Below are positions 1 through 8,327 of a stretch of 39,004 nucleotides of DNA, piece by piece. Numbering within the stretch: position 1 is the stretch's first letter; every line of letters begins with the position of its first letter. This DNA comes from an uncultured archaeon (lineage in GTDB: Archaea; Asgardarchaeota; Lokiarchaeia; Sigyniarchaeales; SOKP01): assembly GCA_964447495.1 (NCBI GenBank), contig CAYUTF010000007.1, forward strand, positions 27,313-66,316, written 5' to 3'. The notes beneath the pieces were generated by a model. It did not search any database. It worked only from the letters and a program-made list of their open reading frames with translations, and was not told where the DNA came from. The translations under genes were made by a program, and so were the position numbers.

Positions 1-1545
1 CTGAATGGTATAACTACTCAAGACAGTGAAGATGAAGTTTATCTTGATTTTGATGGGACATTGTCTTCGGGGGAGGAAGCCACTCTTGACGCGATTGTTG
101 CAGCGCATGACGGAGACGAAGACCCAGCACAGAGTTCTGAGATAATTAGTTTTTTAGATGTGAACACTATTGTTACAGACCCAGTAACGAGTTTGTTCGG
201 TCCGTTTTTTATAATGCAGTTAATGTTAAATAGAAAAGCTTTGTATAATGACAATGAGAATCCTTTATATGAAGCTGGATATACTCCCCTGCTTGGGGAG
301 GTGGGTTCAGTACCCTACCTTTTGAGTATGCACGAAAAGACAGGATGGCACAGGATAGAATTAATGCAAGCAAGATATGTTAAACCAAGGGCTTTGTTAA
401 TCTATTATGGCTATCCAAATTCTTTTAATTATTCCGACAATTCTTGGAATAACGAATTAGTTGCTCAAGATATGGCCAAGTATAGTCTTATAGTCTTGGG
501 TGGGTCCATTGTTAGGCATGAGTCAGGAAGTCATACTGGGAGTAATGGAGCTTCAACTCTTGAGGACACAGGTAAGAGCTGGGAAACAAATGGACTTGTA
601 GGGCTTACGGTAACCAATAGTACGGACGGAAGTTCCGGAACCATAACAGCCAATACGGCCACAACAGTCACGGCCACTTTAACCGGGGGTACTGACAATG
701 ATTGGGATACCGATGACGTTTATGATATTCGGCATCCGGATTACACGAACGCTTCTACTATCATATCTAGGGTGAAAGCTCTTAACCCGAATACAAAGAT
801 TTTTGGTTATGTAAAGACTCCACTTGAATACACTCCATGGACAGCTCGGGTTAATGAATGGGACGCGGAAGAAGTTCACGGAATATTTATGGATGAGTCC
901 GGGTATGACTACGGCACTACATCTACAAACAGCAGGACTGCGTTCAACTCTAAAGTCGATTTTGTCCACGGGAAAACAAATTCGAACTTATGTTTTGTTA
1001 ATTCTTGGAATATGGACCATGTGTTGGGTACGGTGAACGACGCCTCATACCCAAACACCACGTGGAATCCAAGTTTGGTGGAGTCGAATTTGACTTGGGA
1101 TGATTATTATTTGCTTGAGAGTTTTACGGTTAACACTTCGGCGTATTCCGCGAATAACGGGTATGAGTCCAAGACTAACTGGGCGTACAGAGGTGCTAAG
1201 GCAATCGCTCATCGATATACTTATGGCATTAACCTTGTAGGCTCGGGAATAATTTCTAATGGAAATGCAAATGGAAGTGACCTTTTCAACTTTGGGTTCA
1301 TCTCAGCTTTAATGTTGGCTCTAGAGGCTTTTGGGACAAGTGATGAGTATTATGGGGCTTCATCAGCTGAAGTTGATTGGTGGAGTAGGCCAGACGTTTC
1401 TGATATGGGTTTAGCATATGAGGTTACACCGGTTATTCAAGTAGATGCAGGTGACTCGGATGTCTATCACAGATATGTCGAGTTTGGTAAATTGTCACTG
1501 GACTTTTCTACCGGGGCACAGAGCTCAAGTATTACGAAGTATTAG
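1..1545 (+). CDS. Virion-associated protein with glycoside-hydrolase-like TIM-barrel domain (GH114/GH135/PelA-like); 5'-truncated
   Basis: Frame 1 is open from base 1, so the true start lies upstream of the window. Motifs LLIYYGYP, VKALNPNTKIFGYV, VHGIFMDESGYDYG, FVNSWN and YLLESF follow the strand pattern of GH114/GH135-like barrels. A Thr/Gly-rich insert lies at about 520-729. Confidence 0.55.
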   Translation: MNGITTQDSEDEVYLDFDGTLSSGEEATLDAIVAAHDGDEDPAQSSEIISFLDVNTIVTDPVTSLFGPFFIMQLMLNRKALYNDNENPLYEAGYTPLLGEVGSVPYLLSMHEKTGWHRIELMQARYVKPRALLIYYGYPNSFNYSDNSWNNELVAQDMAKYSLIVLGGSIVRHESGSHTGSNGASTLEDTGKSWETNGLVGLTVTNSTDGSSGTITANTATTVTATLTGGTDNDWDTDDVYDIRHPDYTNASTIISRVKALNPNTKIFGYVKTPLEYTPWTARVNEWDAEEVHGIFMDESGYDYGTTSTNSRTAFNSKVDFVHGKTNSNLCFVNSWNMDHVLGTVNDASYPNTTWNPSLVESNLTWDDYYLLESFTVNTSAYSANNGYESKTNWAYRGAKAIAHRYTYGINLVGSGIISNGNANGSDLFNFGFISALMLALEAFGTSDEYYGASSAEVDWWSRPDVSDMGLAYEVTPVIQVDAGDSDVYHRYVEFGKLSLDFSTGAQSSSITKY

Positions 1546-1647
1546 GGTTAGGGATAGTGGTTTGTGGATTGCGTAAGTATGCTCTGAGTTTGGGATTAGA
1601 GCGTATTGGTATTGAGCATGTTCTTGGGGAAGGCATGGAGTTTGGGT

Positions 1648-2157
1648 ATGGACAAAAGGGACGTTCCATCAGAGCCGACTGGAGTGAGGCAGCAAGATAT
1701 TCGGGCATTACATGCACGGATAATGGAGTTGGAGCTTCGCATGAAAGCCGAGTTGGACAGAAAAAAGGACGCAAAAGTTGTAGACCTTGAAGTCGTACAG
1801 CTCAAAGAAGCCGTAAGCAAGCATGAATGCAGCCAGATTACTCGTATAGAGTTGATGTCGTCGAGCATGTCGGCCATTCAGAAGAGTATAAGCAACATCG
1901 AGGGAAGCATTAGCCGATGGAAATCTTTTCGTCTAGGAGGGGTGCTCGCGATCGTTCTAGCGCTGATTTCAGGGGCGACCTATATAATCAGGGCTGAAAC
2001 GAAAGCAGATACAGTTAGCACTTCGGTAAAACGGATTGAAGAAGACGTAGCCGAGATGAGGGAGCAGTTCGACGGGATAACCCCGAAGAGAGAGGCCGAT
2101 GAAGAGACCCTAAACGTTATTCGAAGTACGATAATGGAAGCTCTTTCCGGGAGGTAA
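1648..2157 (+). CDS. Coiled-coil membrane protein with one TM helix (hypothetical)
   Basis: ATG at 1648 follows GGAG at 1637-1640, a better start than 1606. A heptad-rich region, then hydrophobic GGVLAIVLALISGATYII, then a second coiled coil. Confidence 0.6.
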   Translation: MDKRDVPSEPTGVRQQDIRALHARIMELELRMKAELDRKKDAKVVDLEVVQLKEAVSKHECSQITRIELMSSSMSAIQKSISNIEGSISRWKSFRLGGVLAIVLALISGATYIIRAETKADTVSTSVKRIEEDVAEMREQFDGITPKREADEETLNVIRSTIMEALSGR

Positions 2158-2158
2158 C

Positions 2159-2758
2159 GTGGAGACACATGTAAGGCAGGTAGGGGAAGTGGTAGTATCT
2201 CAGTTCCCTATATTTGATGAAGATGGTGTTTCGTATTTATCCGGGGTGCTTCCGAGTTCTTTTGATATTTCACAGTTTCGCAATGACGCCGAGGTTGCGG
2301 TTACAGCTACAGTTTCGGAGATAGGTACCAGCGGGATTTATCAAGTTACGTTCACCCCCACCGATTCGGCGCAGTGGGCTATCGTGGTAAAGCTCCCGAG
2401 TACAGGGGACGTTTGGGGTATGCATGTTACCTCATTCGTTGAAGATTTTAATGGGGTGTCTGAGGCGCAGATGAACGCGGCGTACGATGAGGACACTTCT
2501 ATTCTCTTCCTGGAGATGTGGTTGGATAGGAACGGGGAGACCGTATTTACTGGGTTGGTTTCTGCAAGTGTTGAAGTGTATGACGACTTAGAGAATCTTC
2601 TATTTTCCGGCAGTTCGAGTTCACCTAAAGTCGATGGTCGGTTTAGTGTGTCGAGTGTCGTTTCTTTAGTGGAGAACCGGCCGCACAATGCGGTGGTTTC
2701 TATAACGGATAGTCTGGGGACTGTTGTAACTGGACAGGCTTTCACCACGGTGGGTTAG
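2159..2758 (+). CDS. Putative structural protein, two Ig-like beta-sandwich domains
   Basis: Acidic and beta-rich (VSEIGTSGIYQVTFTP). Tightly coupled to its neighbours in the structural module. Confidence 0.55.
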   Translation: METHVRQVGEVVVSQFPIFDEDGVSYLSGVLPSSFDISQFRNDAEVAVTATVSEIGTSGIYQVTFTPTDSAQWAIVVKLPSTGDVWGMHVTSFVEDFNGVSEAQMNAAYDEDTSILFLEMWLDRNGETVFTGLVSASVEVYDDLENLLFSGSSSSPKVDGRFSVSSVVSLVENRPHNAVVSITDSLGTVVTGQAFTTVG

Positions 2759-2991
2759 TGTTTTTAGTATCGAAAAATAAACGGTCTCAAGTACTGTTTC
2801 GTCGGGGGCTTGAGGGGGACAAGCCACCGGATATTTTCTTTGAGTCGCCACTTAGGGTAACAACAGAAGGTCTGATTATCATGGTTGATTCGCTTAATAC
2901 AGTTGTGGAGTCGGAGTACGGGTGTAAAGTTGTGGATGAATTAACATTATCCCTTGAGAATGAGCCTGTGTTATCTTTGGATTGTGAGTAG
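2758..2991 (+). CDS. Hypothetical protein
   Basis: GTG start overlaps the upstream stop (TAGTG) and the ORF fills the gap exactly. Confidence 0.5.
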   Translation: MFLVSKNKRSQVLFRRGLEGDKPPDIFFESPLRVTTEGLIIMVDSLNTVVESEYGCKVVDELTLSLENEPVLSLDCE

Positions 2992-2999
2992 GAGGGTCT

Positions 3000-3353
3000 A
3001 TGAGTGTTCCTAATGTTTTAAGGGTGGTGAAGAAACGGCATTCTCAAAGGCCATACCTTAGAGTGAGAGTCAGCGGGTCCGATGAGACACCTTTTGATTT
3101 CACTGGTGCCTTGTCGGTCACGTTCACTATGGTCAACAGAGTCAGTGGTATTGAGAAGGTCAATGCAGCCGGAGTTATTGTAAGTCCGGTTACAGAGGGT
3201 TTACTCGAGTATCAGTGGAAGGCTGTTGATGTAGATACCGCAGGAGAATATATTGCGGAGTTTGACGTGGATTATGGGGCTGGGGAAACGATGACACTTC
3301 CCGAAAATGGTAATATTTTGGTTACCATTTTTGAGGATGTAAACGACGAATAG
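3000..3353 (+). CDS. BppU N-terminal-like (baseplate upper protein) domain protein
   Basis: AGGAGG RBS. Pattern DFTGALSVTFTM...GLLEYQW...DTAGEYIAEFDVDY...TLP is typical of this phage Ig-like family. Confidence 0.65.
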   Translation: MSVPNVLRVVKKRHSQRPYLRVRVSGSDETPFDFTGALSVTFTMVNRVSGIEKVNAAGVIVSPVTEGLLEYQWKAVDVDTAGEYIAEFDVDYGAGETMTLPENGNILVTIFEDVNDE

Positions 3354-3361
3354 GTGATATT

Positions 3362-5272
3362 ATGGCTGCAAAAATCAATATCGAAGTTACAGGGTTTCCT
3401 CTAGGCAGTCCGGGTGAAAGTGAAGTTCATCCCTATTCTGTAATCGAAAGTTCTTCTCCTTTGGTCAATCTTTCGCTGACTGATGACACGGGAGTAAACC
3501 AATACTTTTGGTCTTTTGTTTCGAGACCCTTGGGTTCTACGGTGACTATGGTTAACGCCACGTCTCCCATAGCGAGTTTCAACCCGGATATAGGGCTTGC
3601 TGGAACGTATATTGTTCAGTGCTCACTGAATAATGGCGCAACCATTTTGACCAACGGGGTTGCTTTCACGACAGACGTTATGGAAGTTCGAATACCCAGC
3701 GCAAAGGAGACCAAGGAGTTTGATGCATACTCCGGATGGGACCCGGCCTTACAGGATTTCATGCGTAAAGTCGATGTCGGCATAGGGGGTATTGGGGCTA
3801 CGTACTGGGAGCAGTTTGCCGGCAGCCTTATTGGGGGCTCCGGGGTATACCTGAAGCCTGCCTTGGACGAGAGAGTAGCGCTCCCAGCAGGAACTTTTGC
3901 GGGGCCTTCTTTAGTGTTTGGTGGAGATGCCGAGACGGGGTTTTGGTTAAGGAATACCGGGGAGATTGCAGTTACGGTTAATGGGTACCCGGGAATGACT
4001 CTGTATGAAATGTGGGGTGGGCTTTATTTTGAAACCTATGATGTTGAAGACTCATGTTATGAGTTCCATTTGTCACATTATAAAGACTCTTCAGGGGCTC
4101 CAGCTACATTCTATGTAGCAGCTATTGGAACAGATGATAATGCGGGGTCAAGTCTTAATTTATGGAGTGTGGCAGGTTATACCGCTGGAAGTAGTTATGT
4201 TGAGGTAGCTGCATATGATGGAACGGACACACATATTGGTATTAACGCATGGAATAGTACTGGGTATACAGGTTCAGTCTCTATCCTGGCAGTAGCGGAA
4301 GATGTAACAAGCGTTAATGTTCATTCTCGTTGTATGAGTACTGCGTGGTCTTATCTACAGATTACATCCGAGTCAATACATGGAGGAGCATCTCTAGTAT
4401 TGTCGTGCAAGGGTAAAGCTGGGGCTTCCGTGGACGAGGGCAGAATTCAAATAGGAGATAATGCTACAGGTAAAGTTACTTTCTGGAATGCCGATATTTA
4501 TGCGGCTCCATCTTGGCCGGGGGATTATGTTTACCTAATCGATGATTTTACTGAAATGGATGATTATTATAGCGCTTTTGGTGAAGTGTCTATTCTTAAC
4601 GCCATTGTTCAAGCGTCGACGACGGGGTTTAGTGTTTCGGGTTTAACAGAAGACCAAATAGTTTTCGGAGCTCCGAGTGGAGCATTAGACCAGTCTCAGG
4701 ATTTCATGTTAACGGACACCTTAAGATTTAAGGTAGCTGCCGATTCGAGTGTTTCATACGATTATTCAAGCGTGTTCGGTAGGTATGTGAATTCTGAGTT
4801 TTCAGGAGCCCAGTTTGTCGCCTACTCTAGACGGGGCACTGACACAGGTTCTGCTCAAGTTGCGGATAATTTAGTCTTGGTTTGTGAAACCACGGGGGAT
4901 GATACGGCGTCATTCCGATTAGTATCTGGGGGTACCGATAATCCTATAAAGCTTTCAGAAAATAGGGTTATGGCTTTTAAGGTCAAAATAGTATCTTCGG
5001 GGGTAGACACAAGTACAGGTGTTCGTGTTCAAGAGCGTCATGTGCTTTTCTGGAATAGTTCTGTGAATTCTTGGGATTGGGGACCGGCAGCTACAGTTAT
5101 CAACGACAGGTCTACTTGGGTTTCTTCTATTGGAGTTTATATGGGGGGTGTTGACGGAGAGTTTGGATTGTCGATAGAGGTTACTGGAACAAGTGGGAGT
5201 CCGAATATTTTTCACGTAGCTTATGTTACTGAAATGGTCATAGCTCAAACGGCATATAATGCGAGTAGTTAA
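3362..5272 (+). CDS. Tail fibre/spike protein with N-terminal PKD-like domain
   Basis: N-terminal YFWSFVSRPLGS...ASFNPD..GTYIVQ is PKD/Ig-like. Fibre motif GTFAGPSLVFGGDAETGFW. Repetitive beta-strand core. Confidence 0.65.
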   Translation: MAAKINIEVTGFPLGSPGESEVHPYSVIESSSPLVNLSLTDDTGVNQYFWSFVSRPLGSTVTMVNATSPIASFNPDIGLAGTYIVQCSLNNGATILTNGVAFTTDVMEVRIPSAKETKEFDAYSGWDPALQDFMRKVDVGIGGIGATYWEQFAGSLIGGSGVYLKPALDERVALPAGTFAGPSLVFGGDAETGFWLRNTGEIAVTVNGYPGMTLYEMWGGLYFETYDVEDSCYEFHLSHYKDSSGAPATFYVAAIGTDDNAGSSLNLWSVAGYTAGSSYVEVAAYDGTDTHIGINAWNSTGYTGSVSILAVAEDVTSVNVHSRCMSTAWSYLQITSESIHGGASLVLSCKGKAGASVDEGRIQIGDNATGKVTFWNADIYAAPSWPGDYVYLIDDFTEMDDYYSAFGEVSILNAIVQASTTGFSVSGLTEDQIVFGAPSGALDQSQDFMLTDTLRFKVAADSSVSYDYSSVFGRYVNSEFSGAQFVAYSRRGTDTGSAQVADNLVLVCETTGDDTASFRLVSGGTDNPIKLSENRVMAFKVKIVSSGVDTSTGVRVQERHVLFWNSSVNSWDWGPAATVINDRSTWVSSIGVYMGGVDGEFGLSIEVTGTSGSPNIFHVAYVTEMVIAQTAYNASS

Positions 5273-6025
5273 ATGAAAATAGAGAATGCTAAAGTTCGGT
5301 GTATAAATTTGGAACGGTCACATAAGAGGTGGATAGATATTGTCACACTATTCGGTGATAAAGTGATACGGATTGATGCCGTAGACGGGATGCAGTTTGC
5401 TTTAGGTGAGTGGGATCGTATGGGCAAGCCTTGCTGGGCTGAACTCCCTAGCGATGTGACCACAAAGTATTTTGAAATGTACCCTACTACTTATGGTTGT
5501 AATCTTTCTCACATTAAAGCATGGGAGCACTTTTTAAACAGTGACGAAGAGTGGGGAATCTTTGTGGAAGATGACACTATGCCTATTAAGGGTATTTTAT
5601 CGGTAGATATTCCTGACGGCTGTGACTTCTTCTATCTTATCGGGCCAGACCATCCGGGTTATCGTATAGGATTATTCCCCGATGGGCAAGTGCGGTTTGC
5701 CAGGACGTTGGGGGCGTATTTAATGTCTCGTAAAGCTGCTGGGCTGGCTATCCGAGCTATGAATACCCATTATTATCAGGCAGACACACAAGTTCCGATT
5801 AGACTCTTTGACTCTATGAAGCACCATAAAATAAAAGCGCCGAATTGGGCGGAGTTGCCCAGGATAAAAGCCTATGGGCCTACGGAGTCTATAGTTGGTC
5901 ATTCTGAGCATGCAGAGTTGTCAACGTTCACGATTGACGGCAAAAAGAATTGGATACCAGATGAGCTAAAGAGTATAAAGTATACCAGTCATCAAAGGAG
6001 GCATCATGACAGTAGTTACAAATAA
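5273..6025 (+). CDS. Glycosyltransferase family 25
   Basis: CINLERSHKRW, RIDAVDG, GCNLSHIKAW, FVEDD and AYLMSRKAA are the GT25 signature motifs, in order. Confidence 0.85.
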   Translation: MKIENAKVRCINLERSHKRWIDIVTLFGDKVIRIDAVDGMQFALGEWDRMGKPCWAELPSDVTTKYFEMYPTTYGCNLSHIKAWEHFLNSDEEWGIFVEDDTMPIKGILSVDIPDGCDFFYLIGPDHPGYRIGLFPDGQVRFARTLGAYLMSRKAAGLAIRAMNTHYYQADTQVPIRLFDSMKHHKIKAPNWAELPRIKAYGPTESIVGHSEHAELSTFTIDGKKNWIPDELKSIKYTSHQRRHHDSSYK

Positions 6026-6533
6026 TCAATTGGCCGTAGTTAGCGCAGTGTTCGATAAGCTCGGAAACACAACAGATGAGGTTTCGCGGTGGGAGTTTGC
6101 AGTTAGGATTTGTAAATTTAAACCATTCGTTGATGCATTAAACGAAGCCAGAAAACCCTCTGATGGGGCAAAGAGATTCCAGGATAGAGTCCAAGGTCTG
6201 GTTATGAAGCACGGATTTGTCGTGGAAGAAGTTAATGGGTTCCGTAGGTATGAAATCCCCGAGGAGGAAAAGGGGACATTTGCACGGGAGCAGGAGAATC
6301 TCCGAGTAGAGTACGCATCGGAGTTTCAGGAGTTTGTTAAGCATCAGAACAATTTGCGGGTGCTAGGGGATAAAGAAATAGAGTTGGACATAGAGCCGAT
6401 AAAGTATGAATGGTGTGATAACCTGATTAATGCTAAGGAGGTCGCTTTCCTTATGGGATTGGGGCTGATAACGGCCAGTGTTCAAGAAGACGTTAAAAAT
6501 GTACCCAACGTTATGCGCAAGGTAGGAGGTTGA
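6006..6533 (+). CDS. Hypothetical helical protein (possible tail-fibre chaperone)
   Basis: AAGGAGG RBS. Acidic and helical, located after the fibre gene. Confidence 0.5.
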   Translation: MTVVTNNQLAVVSAVFDKLGNTTDEVSRWEFAVRICKFKPFVDALNEARKPSDGAKRFQDRVQGLVMKHGFVVEEVNGFRRYEIPEEEKGTFAREQENLRVEYASEFQEFVKHQNNLRVLGDKEIELDIEPIKYEWCDNLINAKEVAFLMGLGLITASVQEDVKNVPNVMRKVGG

Positions 6534-6534
6534 A

Positions 6535-7770
6535 TTGCTCGGATGGGGCATTCAGTATTGGGGCCTAGATTATTGGGGTGGGATAGGGCCTACTTTAGAT
6601 GAAGGATTCGGAGAATTCCAGTTTAGGGTGGTTGCTATGTCCCAAGGGTACACCATAAAGGTTACTCTAACCACTCCGGATGCGGCTGATAGCCCACAGT
6701 GGTCGCGAAGGTTTATGATTCTTCGCAAGAGCAACGAATGGCCGCAGGCGGTCGATGATACGAATGTCTTTGTCATTTCCGATGTGGTTGATTTGGGGTC
6801 TACTGAATATTCGTTTTTGGATCCGGATTTGGTTGCGGGCAAGGATTATTACTATCGGCTGTTTCTTTTGGGCACCGATGGGATTTGGTATTCAAGTCGA
6901 GCTGAAATGGATTCGGCTTACCCGTATGAGCGGTGGGGGAGTACGAAGTCGATGTACATGAGCCTTCCTAGGGGATGGAGGTCTCATGATGAAACCCAAG
7001 ACTTGTACAACTTCGTTGATATGTTCGGCGCGGTTGCGGACAATCTCAAGACCGATTGTGAGTACTTAAAAACTCTGTTCTCTATTTACGAAGTTCATGA
7101 AGATTTACTTCCGATAGCTGACAGCAAGATTGGGTGGCCTACCTGGATCCAAGCCGGCGGGGTTCATAAAAGGCGAGACTCGGCGAATGCCGTTGATACG
7201 TATAAGCGGTTAGGCACGGAGTATGGATACAGCCAGCTTTTTGCGTCTGTTACAGATTGGGAGTTCACTCTCACTTCAGGGTGGAGGTACCTTTTTTGGT
7301 CGAACAGTGCTTACAGCACCACTCCGGATTTAACTAATCCGGATTTATTGGCCGATGTGGGTGGAGTTGGTGACCTACTTCGGTATACGAATGACCCATC
7401 CCGATGGCAGTCGATTACTGGGTTGGGGTTTTATTTGACTGAGATCCCAGGGGTTACCGGTCCGTTCACTCAAGAGATGTGGGATAGGATTCTATTTCTC
7501 ATCGAGTGGGGGAAAGCCTCGTACGTAGTGTATGAGGTCCGGATTGTCCCGATATCGGAAGAAGAGTATCTAGCGGACTGGGTCATAGACGAAGCTTTGG
7601 AACCCCTCATTGCGTTTATCGAGCGTAGTGTGAGCGCTGAGCTGGACGAAGAGGATGCCCCGTATTCCCCTGATTTACTTGTGTTCACATCGAACACCGC
7701 GGTGTGCATAACGAACACGGATTATAGTCGGGTATGGCACAGCTATTTAAGCTTTGATTTTCCACCATAG
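6535..7770 (+). CDS. Baseplate wedge / tail protein (P2 gpI-like) with N-terminal FN3-like region
   Basis: AGGAGG RBS with TTG start. WGIQYWGLDYWG N-terminus, FN3-like DPDLVAGKDYYYRLF, and gpI-like LPRGWRSHD...LLPIADSKIGW...YKRLGT. Confidence 0.6.
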   Translation: MLGWGIQYWGLDYWGGIGPTLDEGFGEFQFRVVAMSQGYTIKVTLTTPDAADSPQWSRRFMILRKSNEWPQAVDDTNVFVISDVVDLGSTEYSFLDPDLVAGKDYYYRLFLLGTDGIWYSSRAEMDSAYPYERWGSTKSMYMSLPRGWRSHDETQDLYNFVDMFGAVADNLKTDCEYLKTLFSIYEVHEDLLPIADSKIGWPTWIQAGGVHKRRDSANAVDTYKRLGTEYGYSQLFASVTDWEFTLTSGWRYLFWSNSAYSTTPDLTNPDLLADVGGVGDLLRYTNDPSRWQSITGLGFYLTEIPGVTGPFTQEMWDRILFLIEWGKASYVVYEVRIVPISEEEYLADWVIDEALEPLIAFIERSVSAELDEEDAPYSPDLLVFTSNTAVCITNTDYSRVWHSYLSFDFPP

Positions 7771-7791
7771 AGGATTGAAAAAGAGGTTGTA

Positions 7792-8316
7792 ATGAAAATT
7801 GTAGGGCGATGGCAGGATGTTTATCGGTATTCAAACGGGCTGGTCACCCCGGGGAGAGCCGGAGAGTTTGTCTGGGGGTTTAACCAGATACAGAATTCTT
7901 TTCGGACGTTGTTGGCTTGTTGGGCGCGAGAAGAGTCGGGGTACGGACGTATAGGGTTTATGGGGATTGGTACTGGGTTACCTGGTTGGGACACTACCCC
8001 GCCGGTTCAGAGCTATGACCAAGCCATCCTAGAAGCTGAATATTATCGGTTGACGATTCCCCAAGGGGAAATCATTTTTATCGATCCGAGTACTGGGTCC
8101 CCAGCAGGGAGTCCCACCAATAAGTTAGAGATCACCGTTATCATCGGGTATTCAGCGGCCAACGGCACCATGCGGGAATTCGGTCTGTTCGGGGGAACGG
8201 CCACTTCCACGGTGGATACCGGCGAAATGGTCAATTGGATTGTGCATGACCGGATCGATAAAACATCAGGTTTTGAAATTCAACGAAAAGTCAGAATTGA
8301 GTTTGTTACCCAGTAG
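7792..8316 (+). CDS. Baseplate / tail-fibre attachment protein
   Basis: Motifs MGIGTG, ANGTMREFGLFGG and IDKTSGFEIQRKVRIEF match tail-collar/fibre N-terminal-type proteins. Confidence 0.65.
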   Translation: MKIVGRWQDVYRYSNGLVTPGRAGEFVWGFNQIQNSFRTLLACWAREESGYGRIGFMGIGTGLPGWDTTPPVQSYDQAILEAEYYRLTIPQGEIIFIDPSTGSPAGSPTNKLEITVIIGYSAANGTMREFGLFGGTATSTVDTGEMVNWIVHDRIDKTSGFEIQRKVRIEFVTQ

Positions 8317-8327
8317 GAGGAGGCAGA

